Below are positions 38,401-48,877 of a stretch of DNA of 64,000 nt, one piece after another; positions within the stretch are counted from its first letter, which is position 1; each line of letters begins with the position of its first letter. The stretch spans positions 124,001 to 188,000 of IMG/VR virus record IMGVR_UViG_3300042402_002641; one strand, 5' to 3'. The notes below the pieces were generated by a model, which saw only the letters and a list, made by a program, of their open reading frames with translations, did not search any database and was not told the DNA's origin. The position numbers were made by a program, and so were the translations under genes.

Positions 38401-41400
38401 AGCACCGATACCGTCGCTTAGAACCTGCGTAAAGTCGTTGGAAACTATAGAATCGTTGCCTCCGTTATGCAATGCGCCGTCGATCTTTTGGCCAACGCAA
38501 GCTGTACCTAATGTGGTTACGCCTTGTACGTATGGTGAACGGGTGTTAATCCAGGTGCGATAATCCTCTGGACCCCAACCTGGATCCAGTGATGCATACG
38601 CACCTGCAGAAACTCTTGAAGTTCCGAATTCATTAGGTGCAAGTAGATCACCTGTGAGTCCTTGCAGAGTTTGATCTCTTAGACCTGTGCCGTCTCTGAG
38701 ATAATACATGTCTTCTTCTAGACTTCCTGTTACACTGTTAGCATAGTACCTAGCAGCGTATCTTGATTTGTAATTGCCTGGATATTTCAAATCATACTTT
38801 AGTGCATCAATATAGGTGCCAACATCTCGTAGGCACGATGCACTATTGTAATACAATGCTACTGTCATAGATCCTGAGGCATCGGATGCGATGTCTAGTG
38901 CTGTGTTTGAATCTCTTGTTGTAGCGATTTTAAAGGTTGTTGAGCTTACAACGTTCTGTATGTAATATGTTGTACCTGCACTAATACCGCCAAACGTTGT
39001 TCCTGTAAATCTCACTGCTGCATTACGCTGCATCCAAGCAGTGCTGGTGCAGGTAAACACGTCTGTGGCCGCGGTGGCATTTGTTACTGTAGTTGTATAC
39101 GTTGAGTCTATGTAGGCATCGATCTCTGCAACTATGTAGTCTCTGTTTCTTTCTAATTGCAGAACTGCGTAATCGACCATCCTGTTGCCAGAGGCACAAC
39201 GACTACCTTCATTAGTAGCGCCATAAATGATATCATCTAACAGAGTCATTAGGGTTTCAATGCGAGCCTGTGCAGTGGTATCTCCGCCTACATTGGCCTT
39301 GGCTAGACCTTTGACGTAAGTGAATGCTGCTCTAGTGGCTGCTTTCTGTCCTAGACTATACACGTCTGATGAGCTGGCTCTTAGATAGGCCAATGCAGCG
39401 TTTCTAGTTTGTCCGTTGGCGTTAAACATAAAATCGTAGCCCACTGCATCTAATATGATCTTAGCATCGCGTTCACATTTTGCAGAATTGTAGACTAATG
39501 TGGGGAAGTTAGCAGCAATATACGCAGTCATCGCTGATACAATAGTACTGACCTGTGCATTTAATGTGGTAAACGCAGTGATCAATGCGGTGGTAGAACT
39601 TACACCGTTGGTGGCAATCGGACGATCCTCATAGGTCATTACCAAGGTTAAACCGGAACCGTTAGTAAATCCTGTTGCCGCTGAACCTGCATATGATGTT
39701 GACACTTTGAAATCTGTACCAGTTAACCCTGAAGCGATCACATAATAGCGTGTGCCTGCAGTTAGACCATTCTGTGTTTCAATAGGAACCACTAGATCTC
39801 CTGCTTGTAGGCTGTGACCAGCGGTGACAAAAGTATCTGTACCAGTGATTGAAGTCACTGTGACTATAGGAGGAGTAGCTGCTGTAGAGTCACCTGCCAA
39901 CAGATTAGTGATATTGTCAATGTTAGCGCCGATGAATGAGCTGGCTGCGGAACCTCCTGTGAGATTAGTTGCGTCAGTGAATTGTGTAGCAGCATTACCT
40001 GCGGATTTGGTCACTGTGGTGTTGGCAGCGATCTGCTGCATCACAGTTTTTAATCTGCCATAAGATGCCACAGTAGCGGCAACTTCTGATGCATCTATTT
40101 CTAATCCTGTAGTGCCATCAAAATAGGCTAATCCTGCATTGAGGGTCTGTGTAAAACCACCATAGGTCAAGTCATAGATCATTGCATCAACTATAAAGCC
40201 TGTGTCTCGTTTGCATATGGTTCTAGAATATTGCACTGAAGGATAGTTTGCCGTGATATAAGCAATAATTTCAGCCTTGATAAATTCTTTGTTTTCTTTT
40301 ATTAGTGTTCTAGCGGCACCGTAGCCTGTGAGATAAGCACCGTTGTATCCTGTAGGGTCTGTATTTGATACCATGTGTGTGGTACTGATACGATAATCGA
40401 TCTGATGCTGTATTACTCTTACCAGTTGTGTAATATCTGCCTGTTCATCTGCGCTGGCATACGGAAATGCTACACTCTGTGTAGCGGTGTTTCCTGAACT
40501 TTCCGTCACGTTCTGGCCAAAAATAATTTGGCTGACCACTGTTTCCATTCTTGACAGCGCACCAACAGAATAGTATGAATCTGCCAGATTGGTCAAGCTG
40601 CCTGCAGGACCAGCATTTGTTGATCGAAGTTCAGCTCCTATAACACAGGTCTGCTCCGGAACAATGATCGGCAGTGTTTCTCTATACTGGCCAGTAGCTA
40701 TGCGGATAAGATTGTTAGGGCTTACGCGAGCTGGAACACTGGCTAATGCTGCTGCAATCTGTGGGGCAGTAACCGCTGCTGCGCGAGCAGTGATAGCATT
40801 AGTTATCACTTCAACTAATTCAGCCGCTGTGGTGTAAGATCCTGATTCAGCATGGAGGTCGGCATTGAAATACTGCGCTACGGTAGCTGTTGAATTGTCA
40901 CCGTTTAGAGTTTGATAGTTTACTGCTGGTGCTGACTGTGCCAGAACATTCTCAACTAAAGTGACCATATAGTTATAGGCAGCTATAGATTCGTCTGATT
41001 CTGCAGCAAGTCCTGGATAAGCTTCGGTTTCTTCTGCGCTGAGTCCGCCTATGAGAGCATTGGCTGCACCTCTAGTTTTAACGTTACCACCATGTCTCAA
41101 ATCATAGATCAGTGCATCAACAACAAATCCTACATCTCTTTCACATTTGAAATCATCGTAGACGAACGCTGATGTAAACGGTGCGATGTTGTTGGTGATT
41201 TGATTTTGTATGAACTCAGTGGTTTCACGCTGTATAAACACGCGATTTAGTTCTAGTAGATATGTGGCATCGGGATTTCTTGGACCTCGTTCTACCTGTT
41301 CGCAGGCATATCGAATAGTCTTCCAAGGCTTGTCCCATGTTTTTCCGTATGTTGGTCCAGGAAGGTCGGTTCCGTCTGTACTAACAAAATATTCATGATC

Positions 41401-42984
41401 GATTTGATTAAGAGAAGCCCACTCGGGTATCGTCCCAGTAGATCTTAATATTTGTCCTTCATAGCCGATAGGCAGTCTTGTAGGACCACTAGGACTGTAG
41501 TATACTAAATCACCTACTGTGGTTAAAACAGAAACTTCCGATCCAACACTTAATAAACTCCAATAGATTCCTGTAGTATCTTGGTCAGGTCTAGAATTTG
41601 GCTGACCGCCGCCGGCTGATCCTACTGTAGATCCGTCATCACCTTCTGACCTATGTGCCAGCAAACAGATATATGTGTTAGATTCAAATCTAACAGCATC
41701 ACCTTGTAGATAATCTACATCATCAGTCCAGGTGCCTTGCCAGCTAATACCAGAATTCAATCTAGTCCAGTATGAGGCATTTGGTGGTTCTGCTGAAACT
41801 GTAGCGGTCATTGAACCAGTAGCATCGCCTGTGATATCAAATGTTGAGCCACCAGATGTAGTTGAAATTGTTATGTTACCTGCGGCCACAGTCTTAACAA
41901 AATATCTAGCAGTGGTAAACACGTTGCCAAATGTTGTGCCGGTGAATCTCACTGTCATACCTACTGCGATACCTGTTGTAGAAGCTATAGTGAAGGTGTC
42001 TGTGCTAGCGGTGACTGCTGTAACTGTGACTACTGTAGATGGTGAGTTAGCTGTGGCAAGATAGGTATATCCTCCTAGTCTGACCACTTCACCGATCTTG
42101 TATGATGTTGCGTTCGTCCAGTCTGATTGAAATTTCAGTCCTTCAGTGAACAGATCCCAATTAGAAGCGGTAATTGCAGGGTTAGCCGCGGCAGATGCGG
42201 CAGTGTGTACAGTTTTAGCTATGTATTGATTACCACCGTAGCCAACTATATCTCCTGGTTGATACAGTGTAGCTGAACTCCATGTGCTTTCATATGCTAC
42301 ACCTTCGACAAATTGTGCCCAGCGACCTGCAGTACTGTCTGTTAAGAATGCACCGGCCGCGGTATGTTGTATGATACAGATCCAAAGTCCTGCACCTTCT
42401 TTTACGACGTCATTGATTTTGTATCTGGTTCCAGCAACCCAAGTAGTTTTGTATTCTACTCCTTGGTTAAAACTATCCCATTTAGCTTGATCTGCCTCCA
42501 GTCCCGATGCAGTTGTGGATGCAGATGTATGATGAGTATTACACACATAGGTGTAGCCACCATATCTAACTAGATCATTTACCTTGTAACGAGTAGATAC
42601 GTTCCAGTCGGTTTTCCAATCAAATCCTTCTGCATACACAGTCCATTTAGCTTGATCAGCTTCAAGGCCCGATGCAGTAGTAGCAGCGGATGTGTGACTG
42701 TCGTTACAGATATATAACAATCCGCCATATTTGACCACATCGTTGAGTTTGTAGAATGTACCAACAGTCCAATCTCCGGTCCATGCCTGACCGTCGCTCA
42801 TTTGGTTCCATTTGGTAGGACTATATTCAAGGTCTGTGTTGAAATCTGCAGCAGAGGTATGTCCTACCGCGCAGATATAGGTGCGCCCACCATATCTTAT
42901 TACATCATCTATGTAATAAACTGTGGCGGCACTCCAGTTGCCTTTCCATACAAATCTAATTCTACCTAGTTTAAATTCTGCCAT
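35449..42984 (-). CDS. Giant tail-fibre/virion protein, 2511 aa
   Basis: 7 N-terminal CBM5/12-like repeats, CxRD helical repeats, beta-helix-like region, W..IAYG..RFVA propeller-like repeats, conserved RLTGHDFL/STDQDGNFR C-terminus. Confidence 0.85.
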   Translation of the reverse strand: MAEFKLGRIRFVWKGNWSAATVYYIDDVIRYGGRTYICAVGHTSAADFNTDLEYSPTKWNQMSDGQAWTGDWTVGTFYKLNDVVKYGGLLYICNDSHTSAATTASGLEADQAKWTVYAEGFDWKTDWNVSTRYKVNDLVRYGGYTYVCNTHHTSASTTASGLEADQAKWDSFNQGVEYKTTWVAGTRYKINDVVKEGAGLWICIIQHTAAGAFLTDSTAGRWAQFVEGVAYESTWSSATLYQPGDIVGYGGNQYIAKTVHTAASAAANPAITASNWDLFTEGLKFQSDWTNATSYKIGEVVRLGGYTYLATANSPSTVVTVTAVTASTDTFTIASTTGIAVGMTVRFTGTTFGNVFTTARYFVKTVAAGNITISTTSGGSTFDITGDATGSMTATVSAEPPNASYWTRLNSGISWQGTWTDDVDYLQGDAVRFESNTYICLLAHRSEGDDGSTVGSAGGGQPNSRPDQDTTGIYWSLLSVGSEVSVLTTVGDLVYYSPSGPTRLPIGYEGQILRSTGTIPEWASLNQIDHEYFVSTDGTDLPGPTYGKTWDKPWKTIRYACEQVERGPRNPDATYLLELNRVFIQRETTEFIQNQITNNIAPFTSAFVYDDFKCERDVGFVVDALIYDLRHGGNVKTRGAANALIGGLSAEETEAYPGLAAESDESIAAYNYMVTLVENVLAQSAPAVNYQTLNGDNSTATVAQYFNADLHAESGSYTTAAELVEVITNAITARAAAVTAPQIAAALASVPARVSPNNLIRIATGQYRETLPIIVPEQTCVIGAELRSTNAGPAGSLTNLADSYYSVGALSRMETVVSQIIFGQNVTESSGNTATQSVAFPYASADEQADITQLVRVIQHQIDYRISTTHMVSNTDPTGYNGAYLTGYGAARTLIKENKEFIKAEIIAYITANYPSVQYSRTICKRDTGFIVDAMIYDLTYGGFTQTLNAGLAYFDGTTGLEIDASEVAATVASYGRLKTVMQQIAANTTVTKSAGNAATQFTDATNLTGGSAASSFIGANIDNITNLLAGDSTAATPPIVTVTSITGTDTFVTAGHSLQAGDLVVPIETQNGLTAGTRYYVIASGLTGTDFKVSTSYAGSAATGFTNGSGLTLVMTYEDRPIATNGVSSTTALITAFTTLNAQVSTIVSAMTAYIAANFPTLVYNSAKCERDAKIILDAVGYDFMFNANGQTRNAALAYLRASSSDVYSLGQKAATRAAFTYVKGLAKANVGGDTTAQARIETLMTLLDDIIYGATNEGSRCASGNRMVDYAVLQLERNRDYIVAEIDAYIDSTYTTTVTNATAATDVFTCTSTAWMQRNAAVRFTGTTFGGISAGTTYYIQNVVSSTTFKIATTRDSNTALDIASDASGSMTVALYYNSASCLRDVGTYIDALKYDLKYPGNYKSRYAARYYANSVTGSLEEDMYYLRDGTGLRDQTLQGLTGDLLAPNEFGTSRVSAGAYASLDPGWGPEDYRTWINTRSPYVQGVTTLGTACVGQKIDGALHNGGNDSIVSNDFTQVLSDGIGAWITNNGRAELVSVFTYYAHVGYLAENGGRIRGTNGNCSYGDFGAVAEGVDPTETPDTGVVDNRLKFKAVIDNIVTDGSALTQFEFLNAGIDYTEVSYVITGGGTGGSVQADEFRDDAVFEARLLDLVDDSTNAPESVGNFGGFGYITNSNTAQGGTSNSVTIAATDGESSTAYIGMKLVLTGGAGVGQFGIINTYNSGTKIAGLIKESDGTTGFDHLVAGTAIVAPDASTTYIIEPRVTFSAPGYTSTAATLPTSGTWSAVKYGETAAVYTSLTGTYSGAGVGANFTVIRNGWKYTPSLQTAGTGYVRLQTITILGTSLGGLSTANDLVITITAVNAATGAIIDFDHSGYGIGGRYVALRQGSTVGATSEDGVSWTTRPSLMPSAADWSAMTAGLFDDGSTVGKVSKFVAVAGVAANTTAAYSEDGITWTAANMGTSATWVDVVFGGFNSQKFVAISSDVTTVRISNDGENWDQTGTLTTTGFTAIAYGKNRFVAIKSGTNVTNYATTTGVTGTWTASTLPSSSNWNSIAYGNNRFVAVSNTSGTIAAYSLDGITWTASTLPATAQWTKVTYGQGVFLAVSTTTAAATSPDGVTWTTRTTSAAASGFSAITFGNRDRYGQFVGVGASTGQVATYIRTGATARARALVASNKIFQINITEPGSGYTTEPSITFTDPNNTFEAPVSVRLGSGVLANPSFVDRGATYVTSGAEVTAGDGYSNLFQSGGFVAVRQLTARPTPGANVVFGHLPDRTFKLVNVITFLGQNPGSHTAFLQISPVLTISEAPQDAVTVSTRLRYSQVRLTGHDFLSIGTGNFVETNYPGTPLQEAIPANETVDGNGGRVFFTSTDQDGNFRVGDLFNIEQSTGIATLNADAFNISGLQELNLGNVTLGGSSATINEFSTDPFFTADSDNVVPTQKAIKAFIASQIGGGGASLNVNQVTAGSIVINSNQITTTTGAAIQMLATFEFRGGVTGLPLAFNYFLN

Positions 42985-43002
42985 TTTCTACTCCGTTATT
43001 AT

Positions 43003-46000
43003 TTATCTGAATGATCTATGAAACATCGATTGTGCTAACATTGTTCCTCTAATTCCTACTGTGGGTCCAACAAAGTCTGTACGTACTGGGAATATATTGC
43101 TTTGATTCGCAGTGGTGTCGATAAGATTTGGACCTACTAGTATAGTTCCTGCTATAAAACTTGTAACAGCTATTTCGCTACCGCCAACAGATAGTCTATA
43201 GGCCAGATAGGATTTGATTGCTTTCTGGGTCGGTACTACGTTATTTGAATCTTCTGTAAACAATGGATCAGTAGAAAATTCACGTACGACTGCTCCAGAT
43301 CCGCCTACACGTATTCCCCCAAGACGTAATTCACTTAATCCATTTAGATCAAAAAAGTCCGCAGAAATAGTAACAACACCTGTGGCCTGTTCTACAGCGA
43401 ATAATTCGCCTGCACGGAAGTTACCGCTTTGATCGGTAGATGTATAAAATACTCTACCACGATTTGCTTCCACTACTTCGTTTTCTGGTGCAGGAGTATA
43501 GAATCCACTGTATAATTCTGGGTAATTGGTTTCTTCGAAATTTCCTGTACCTATGTCTAAGAAATCGTGTCCAGTAACACGACACTGACTTATGTCTGTT
43601 CTAATAACTATTGATGTGTCGTGTTGTACAAAATCACGTGATTTAAATTCTGGACTGATTCTAATTTGTGCAGACAATCCTAAAGGTGTATCGTCAAGAG
43701 GTGTAATAGCAACCAACGTGTAAAAATCTGGAAGATTACCTATTGTTAGACTAGATCCAGGGCCCGGATACTGTGTTAGGCCGTTCAAAACACAGAATTT
43801 TCCTACCGGTATTACATCGGCATAGCCGTCTCCGGTGATTGTCACAGTTGTGCTGGTAGTTCTATATCCCAGTCCTCTGTTAATCCAACTTGGTTGTGCT
43901 AGAACTCCGTCGCCGGTTCTACATTCTACAGCAGGATCAGAAGAATTATTGGGATCTATGATTGTTAGAGTTGGTGATTCAATATATCCAGAACCAGGAT
44001 CCCATATTTTTACAGTACGGATTATGCCGCTACTCAGTGTCAGACGCCCTAATGCTGTGGCACCGGTTTGTATTTTATTGATATAATTAGAGTTATCAAC
44101 AGTGATCCACATTGGTGTTTTCTTGCCTACCGTTGAATCTCGCGAATCAATGTACGGATTACCAAATGCCAAGTTCTGCCATAGTTTACTGTTGGCCAAT
44201 TGCCTTGAAGTCCAAACTACTCCGTCATAACTGGTAGCGGCAAAATTAGTCTCAAAGGCACTGGCATCGTTTCCTATGTTTCGGCCACCGGTGTCACCTA
44301 TGGCAAAAAATACTCCTTGTCCATATTTGATTTTTTTCCAATAGTGTGCGGTTGATCCATCTTGTGTGGGCATCGTAGCAGGTAACCAATCAACGCCATC
44401 AAAGCTGTATGCAACTTCGCCTGTACTTGATAATGCCACAAATCTATTATTACCGTAACTGATACTGGTCCAATCTTTAGCAGACGAATCACCAATCACA
44501 TCCATGATATGTCCAGCCCACGACCATGTATTTGCTATAGAATTATAGGTTCCTACTGCAACAGTATTGCCGCTGTTTGCTAATACAACAAACGTGTTTT
44601 TACCATACGCAATATCGATCCATTCGTTGAGGGTGGAGTCGCCAAATGTAGGCAGTGCCACTGTGGTCCAACTTGTGCCGTTCAAACTATAAGCGGCAGA
44701 GTTAGAATTTGTGGCTATAGCAAGAAATACACCGCCACCGTAGATGGCACTATTCCAAGATCTAGATGCCGGCATGGATCTAGTGGTCCATGTAAATCCA
44801 TCCGGGGAGCTGGCTGCCACCGCACTGCCTGTGCGTATGGCCACAAATATATGATTACCCAATGCGGGATATGTAACTCTGCCTGCTGCAAGACATTGCC
44901 AATTTCCCGAGCTCGGCATGTTAAACCCAACCCAAGTTGTTCCGTCGTCACTATACATAGCGACATTGGTGCCGGAAGCCACAGCTATGAATTTGCCGCC
45001 TGCTCCAAAACTTTCATTTCCTGTATTTACAATCTGTTCTGCTACTGATAACACAGAGTTTGTGCTGTCATCGCTTACGTCAAGTACTTTCATTACTATG
45101 TCGTTGCCTGGAGTATCGCCACCGAGTAAATTTCCAGGAATAGTTAATAGTTGATTAACAGCATATCCTGCTCCTCCGTCATTCAGCGTGATGGTGTAGG
45201 TTCTACCATTTTTCACCACATTGAATGAGGCGTAGGCCGGAGTAACTTCAATCACAGTACCAGTTCCTGCTGTGGTGGTAGCTATATCTGTAAACGATTC
45301 AGTTGTTTCACCATAAATTATGTTGGTCCAAGATGCACTCTCTGGGCCAATAATCTGCGTGGCCGAATAAGGCGGTGCTGAAAACACCGGTCTTGGTTCT
45401 ATTCTATATACCGTATTAGTTAATAAGGGTACTGTTGCCGGTTTTCCTGATACCACATGATCCCAACCGATTGTGCCATCTGATTCTTTATAAATCGTAG
45501 CGATCTTAGTAATATTATCGTAGGCTCCTATATATCCGTATTGACCCGTTCCAGCACCGCTGGTTATGATAATTCTCATACCATTATACTGTGTAAATGT
45601 GTTTTGATCGTTTGAAGCCAATGTGATAGTGGTGGCATCTCCTCCTTGCGCATTGTTTCCTGTGGTAACAAAACCTCCCCCGCCTATTGATTGCGGTCCA
45701 GTGGTATTTTTATCTATAATTCTAGCTTCAAAAACAGCATCGTCTCTGAAATCTTCAAATATCACACTTGCATTAACACCGGCACCCTGAACACTGCCTT
45801 GTGCAGTGGTATAGTTTTCACCACAGTGAGAAAATTCAATATTCTGTATTTCGTCTACGAAATCTCCGGCAAATGCTGCAGCGACCGTTGCTTGTCCGCT
45901 GCGATTATCTATCACAGCAGTTCGCGGTATTTCGTCGACATTAACACCATCTGAAATCACGCCATACGATCCGTATGAACTGTTTCCGTTAGTGGCACGT

Positions 46001-48489
46001 ATTTTTCCGCCAGATTTTGCTAGATATCCTATGTGGCAATAGTATGAGAACACCGACACCAGTTCTGCTCGGCCGTTATTTTGAACCCAAGCACCGATTC
46101 CGTCACTTAGCACCTGAGTGAAATCGTTACTTACCATTGAACGATTTCCTCCGTTATGCAATGCGCCATCTATTTTTTGTCCGACACATCCAGTACCAAT
46201 AGTGGTAACACCCTGTATGTAGGGAGATCTAGTAGAAATCCAAGTTGTTGTGTCGTTTGGTCCCCAGCCCGGATCTAAACTTACATAAGTGCCACCCAAG
46301 GGCAATTGATACAGATCAAAAGCAAGGGGAGGACTTAATTCTGCCTCTATTCCAGTCAATGTACAGTTTCTTAACCCTGTGGCATTTCGCATGTAAAACA
46401 TGTTTACATTCGTGGTACAACCAAGCACACTGTTTACATAGTATTCAGCAGCTCTCAGTGTTTTGTAATTTCCTGTATATCTTAGATCATATTTTATCGA
46501 ATTCAAATATTCTTTTAAAAATACATCGAGTAATGTAAAATTGAAATTATATGAAGGATAAGAAAGTGCTAGATATGAACGAGCTTCTGCAAGTATAAAA
46601 TTGGTATTAGCTGTAAGAATTGTGCGAAGGTTTTCGATTTCTGCTGATAGGTTTGCGGTGTTTGTACCAACAAGGATTGGCGGAGTACCAGAAGAATTAA
46701 CATTGAAATTTATTGTAGATATAATATTTGTGAATAAATTTTCAACCACACTTGTAGCATTCACTGGTACAGCTAGAGTGAGCACCACGGGATTTTCTGT
46801 ATTATTACCGCTCTTTGAAGGAGTCACGGCATTTCCAGATATTAGATCATCTATCATGCTGCGTATTCTAGCTAATATTTCAATATGATAGACCGCATCT
46901 TGAGTTGGTAATACCGATGGTGATGCATTAATTCTGGTGGTGCGTAATTCTGCACCTAACACAACTGTGTTTGCTGGCACAATAATAGGACCAATTTCAT
47001 CGAACTGACCTGCTGTGACTTCAACTGTGGTGGTTCCGGAATATCCGTCGTTTACCTGTTCGCAGGCATACCTGATTGTGCGCCACGGTGTATCTATACT
47101 GTATCCTTGAAGCGGATTTTCTATTGTATCTATGCCATGTACCGAAACAAAAACAGTTCTGTTGAGGCTGCCCGAAGTTTCATAAGACAAAGATCCAGTT
47201 GAGCTTGCTGTTAATAACTTATTAGCATCACCGATACTCCTTGCTGTAACTCCAAATGTACTGTTATCACCTTTATTGCTGTTAACTAGATCAAATGTGA
47301 GCAAATCTCCGACACTGCTTAATCCTACTTCTGATCCTGCCTGTAACAACAAATCCCAATAATTAAATCCGCTACCGTTATCTCCTGGAAAATTTTCTCC
47401 AGAAGCAATATGTTCAACAGTACATTTATAAGCACTACCTAGATATACAATGACATCATTTATGCTATAAGAAGTTGTCTGCGTCCATGGTCCTCTAACA
47501 TTCTGTGCTGAAGTTAATAGTTCCCAATTGCTCGAATCTAAATAATCTAGGCTGCTTCCGTCGTTGACCGTGTCAGCTATAGCGATATATGTATTGCCTC
47601 CGCGACGTACTACATCCCCAGTTTTATAATCTTGGTCAGCACTCCATGTGCCTTGAAATCTAATTCCTTTACTAATTACAGCCCACTGAGTGCTGCCATC
47701 TGGATTCTCATTGTAGTTGTTGACCGTTGCATAGTAAAGATAGCCGCCATGCCGTACAATGTCGCCGATGGCAAAATAATCATTACTTGACCAACTGCTG
47801 GCGTAGTTGAATCCTGGAAATTCAGTTATAAAATTTGAATTCGTGATGACACTTTGAGCTTCGTGTCCCACGATACAGCGTAAAACGCTGCCGCCATATT
47901 TGACAAGATCATTTTCTCTATATCTGGTTCCGTTTACCCAGGTTCCGACATATTCTATACCTTCATGAACTATTTGCCAATTACCTGTCGAACTGTCGTC
48001 TGCTTCTAATCCGATTAGGACGCTTTCGCTGACGTGTTCATACCTACAACGATACACTCTACCATTGTACTTGACTACATCGCCTGGACCATAAAGAGTA
48101 TCAGGTTGCCAAGCAGTTCTCCAATTATCTGCAGATAGATAAACAGCCCAATTTGCTGCATTATCATCGAATATTCCTACAGATGTATGACTAGTCACAC
48201 ACAGATAGATAATTCCGCCGTATAGTGAAAGGTCTCCAGGATTATATAGTGTAGACGCTGTCCAGATGCCTCTCCAGGCATAACCGTCTGTCATCTTGAG
48301 CCAAGCTGGTCTTGGATCTACTCCTACTAGGAACGCCTGATCAGCAGCAAATGTTGAAGCGGTGTGTTGTCTTTGGCAAATCCATGTGCTGCCGCCATAT
48401 CTAATTACATCATCGCGATTGTATGCCGTACCGTTGCCCCACGTATTACGCCATGTGTATCTAATTCTACTGATCTTAAATTCTGCCAT
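43003..48489 (-). CDS. Giant tail-fibre/virion protein, 1828 aa, paralog of 35449-42984
   Basis: Same architecture; shared MAEFK start, GQKIDGALHNGG, NDFTQVLSDGIGAW, EFSTDP.FT.DS.NVVPTQKAIK. Confidence 0.85.
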   Translation of the reverse strand: MAEFKISRIRYTWRNTWGNGTAYNRDDVIRYGGSTWICQRQHTASTFAADQAFLVGVDPRPAWLKMTDGYAWRGIWTASTLYNPGDLSLYGGIIYLCVTSHTSVGIFDDNAANWAVYLSADNWRTAWQPDTLYGPGDVVKYNGRVYRCRYEHVSESVLIGLEADDSSTGNWQIVHEGIEYVGTWVNGTRYRENDLVKYGGSVLRCIVGHEAQSVITNSNFITEFPGFNYASSWSSNDYFAIGDIVRHGGYLYYATVNNYNENPDGSTQWAVISKGIRFQGTWSADQDYKTGDVVRRGGNTYIAIADTVNDGSSLDYLDSSNWELLTSAQNVRGPWTQTTSYSINDVIVYLGSAYKCTVEHIASGENFPGDNGSGFNYWDLLLQAGSEVGLSSVGDLLTFDLVNSNKGDNSTFGVTARSIGDANKLLTASSTGSLSYETSGSLNRTVFVSVHGIDTIENPLQGYSIDTPWRTIRYACEQVNDGYSGTTTVEVTAGQFDEIGPIIVPANTVVLGAELRTTRINASPSVLPTQDAVYHIEILARIRSMIDDLISGNAVTPSKSGNNTENPVVLTLAVPVNATSVVENLFTNIISTINFNVNSSGTPPILVGTNTANLSAEIENLRTILTANTNFILAEARSYLALSYPSYNFNFTLLDVFLKEYLNSIKYDLRYTGNYKTLRAAEYYVNSVLGCTTNVNMFYMRNATGLRNCTLTGIEAELSPPLAFDLYQLPLGGTYVSLDPGWGPNDTTTWISTRSPYIQGVTTIGTGCVGQKIDGALHNGGNRSMVSNDFTQVLSDGIGAWVQNNGRAELVSVFSYYCHIGYLAKSGGKIRATNGNSSYGSYGVISDGVNVDEIPRTAVIDNRSGQATVAAAFAGDFVDEIQNIEFSHCGENYTTAQGSVQGAGVNASVIFEDFRDDAVFEARIIDKNTTGPQSIGGGGFVTTGNNAQGGDATTITLASNDQNTFTQYNGMRIIITSGAGTGQYGYIGAYDNITKIATIYKESDGTIGWDHVVSGKPATVPLLTNTVYRIEPRPVFSAPPYSATQIIGPESASWTNIIYGETTESFTDIATTTAGTGTVIEVTPAYASFNVVKNGRTYTITLNDGGAGYAVNQLLTIPGNLLGGDTPGNDIVMKVLDVSDDSTNSVLSVAEQIVNTGNESFGAGGKFIAVASGTNVAMYSDDGTTWVGFNMPSSGNWQCLAAGRVTYPALGNHIFVAIRTGSAVAASSPDGFTWTTRSMPASRSWNSAIYGGGVFLAIATNSNSAAYSLNGTSWTTVALPTFGDSTLNEWIDIAYGKNTFVVLANSGNTVAVGTYNSIANTWSWAGHIMDVIGDSSAKDWTSISYGNNRFVALSSTGEVAYSFDGVDWLPATMPTQDGSTAHYWKKIKYGQGVFFAIGDTGGRNIGNDASAFETNFAATSYDGVVWTSRQLANSKLWQNLAFGNPYIDSRDSTVGKKTPMWITVDNSNYINKIQTGATALGRLTLSSGIIRTVKIWDPGSGYIESPTLTIIDPNNSSDPAVECRTGDGVLAQPSWINRGLGYRTTSTTVTITGDGYADVIPVGKFCVLNGLTQYPGPGSSLTIGNLPDFYTLVAITPLDDTPLGLSAQIRISPEFKSRDFVQHDTSIVIRTDISQCRVTGHDFLDIGTGNFEETNYPELYSGFYTPAPENEVVEANRGRVFYTSTDQSGNFRAGELFAVEQATGVVTISADFFDLNGLSELRLGGIRVGGSGAVVREFSTDPLFTEDSNNVVPTQKAIKSYLAYRLSVGGSEIAVTSFIAGTILVGPNLIDTTANQSNIFPVRTDFVGPTVGIRGTMLAQSMFHRSFR

Positions 48490-48502
48490 AATTTATTCCG
48501 TT

Positions 48503-48868
48503 TTAACTTGAATGTCCAGTGGGATAGATATAACCTTGATTGATACGTTGGGTTAGTCTACCTTCATTATCGATGTAGTAAAGCATGTTTCTATTGTCCC
48601 ATCTTTGCTGAACCCATACAAGGTTCTCAAATGCTAATTCATGATCTGCTTCAATTCCATCAAGAAAATCTACACCTGGTTCGAAGTCCTCGAAATTTTC
48701 TTCGGGCGCTCCTGGCAGATTTAATTCGATGGAATCTTTGTCTTTGAGTTGGTCGCTGCGTAGCAGAAATAATTCCCCGTCGGAATTTCTGCGCAGAGCA
48801 TACCAGTATCGAGGTGAATCTCCTAGTGCTTCGTCTGGACTTGTTCCTAGATAATATGTGCTTGGCAT
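48503..48868 (-). CDS. Hypothetical protein
   Basis: 121-aa ORF with AAGGA SD, in operon. Confidence 0.7.
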   Translation of the reverse strand: MPSTYYLGTSPDEALGDSPRYWYALRRNSDGELFLLRSDQLKDKDSIELNLPGAPEENFEDFEPGVDFLDGIEADHELAFENLVWVQQRWDNRNMLYYIDNEGRLTQRINQGYIYPTGHSS

Positions 48869-48877
48869 AATTATTCC

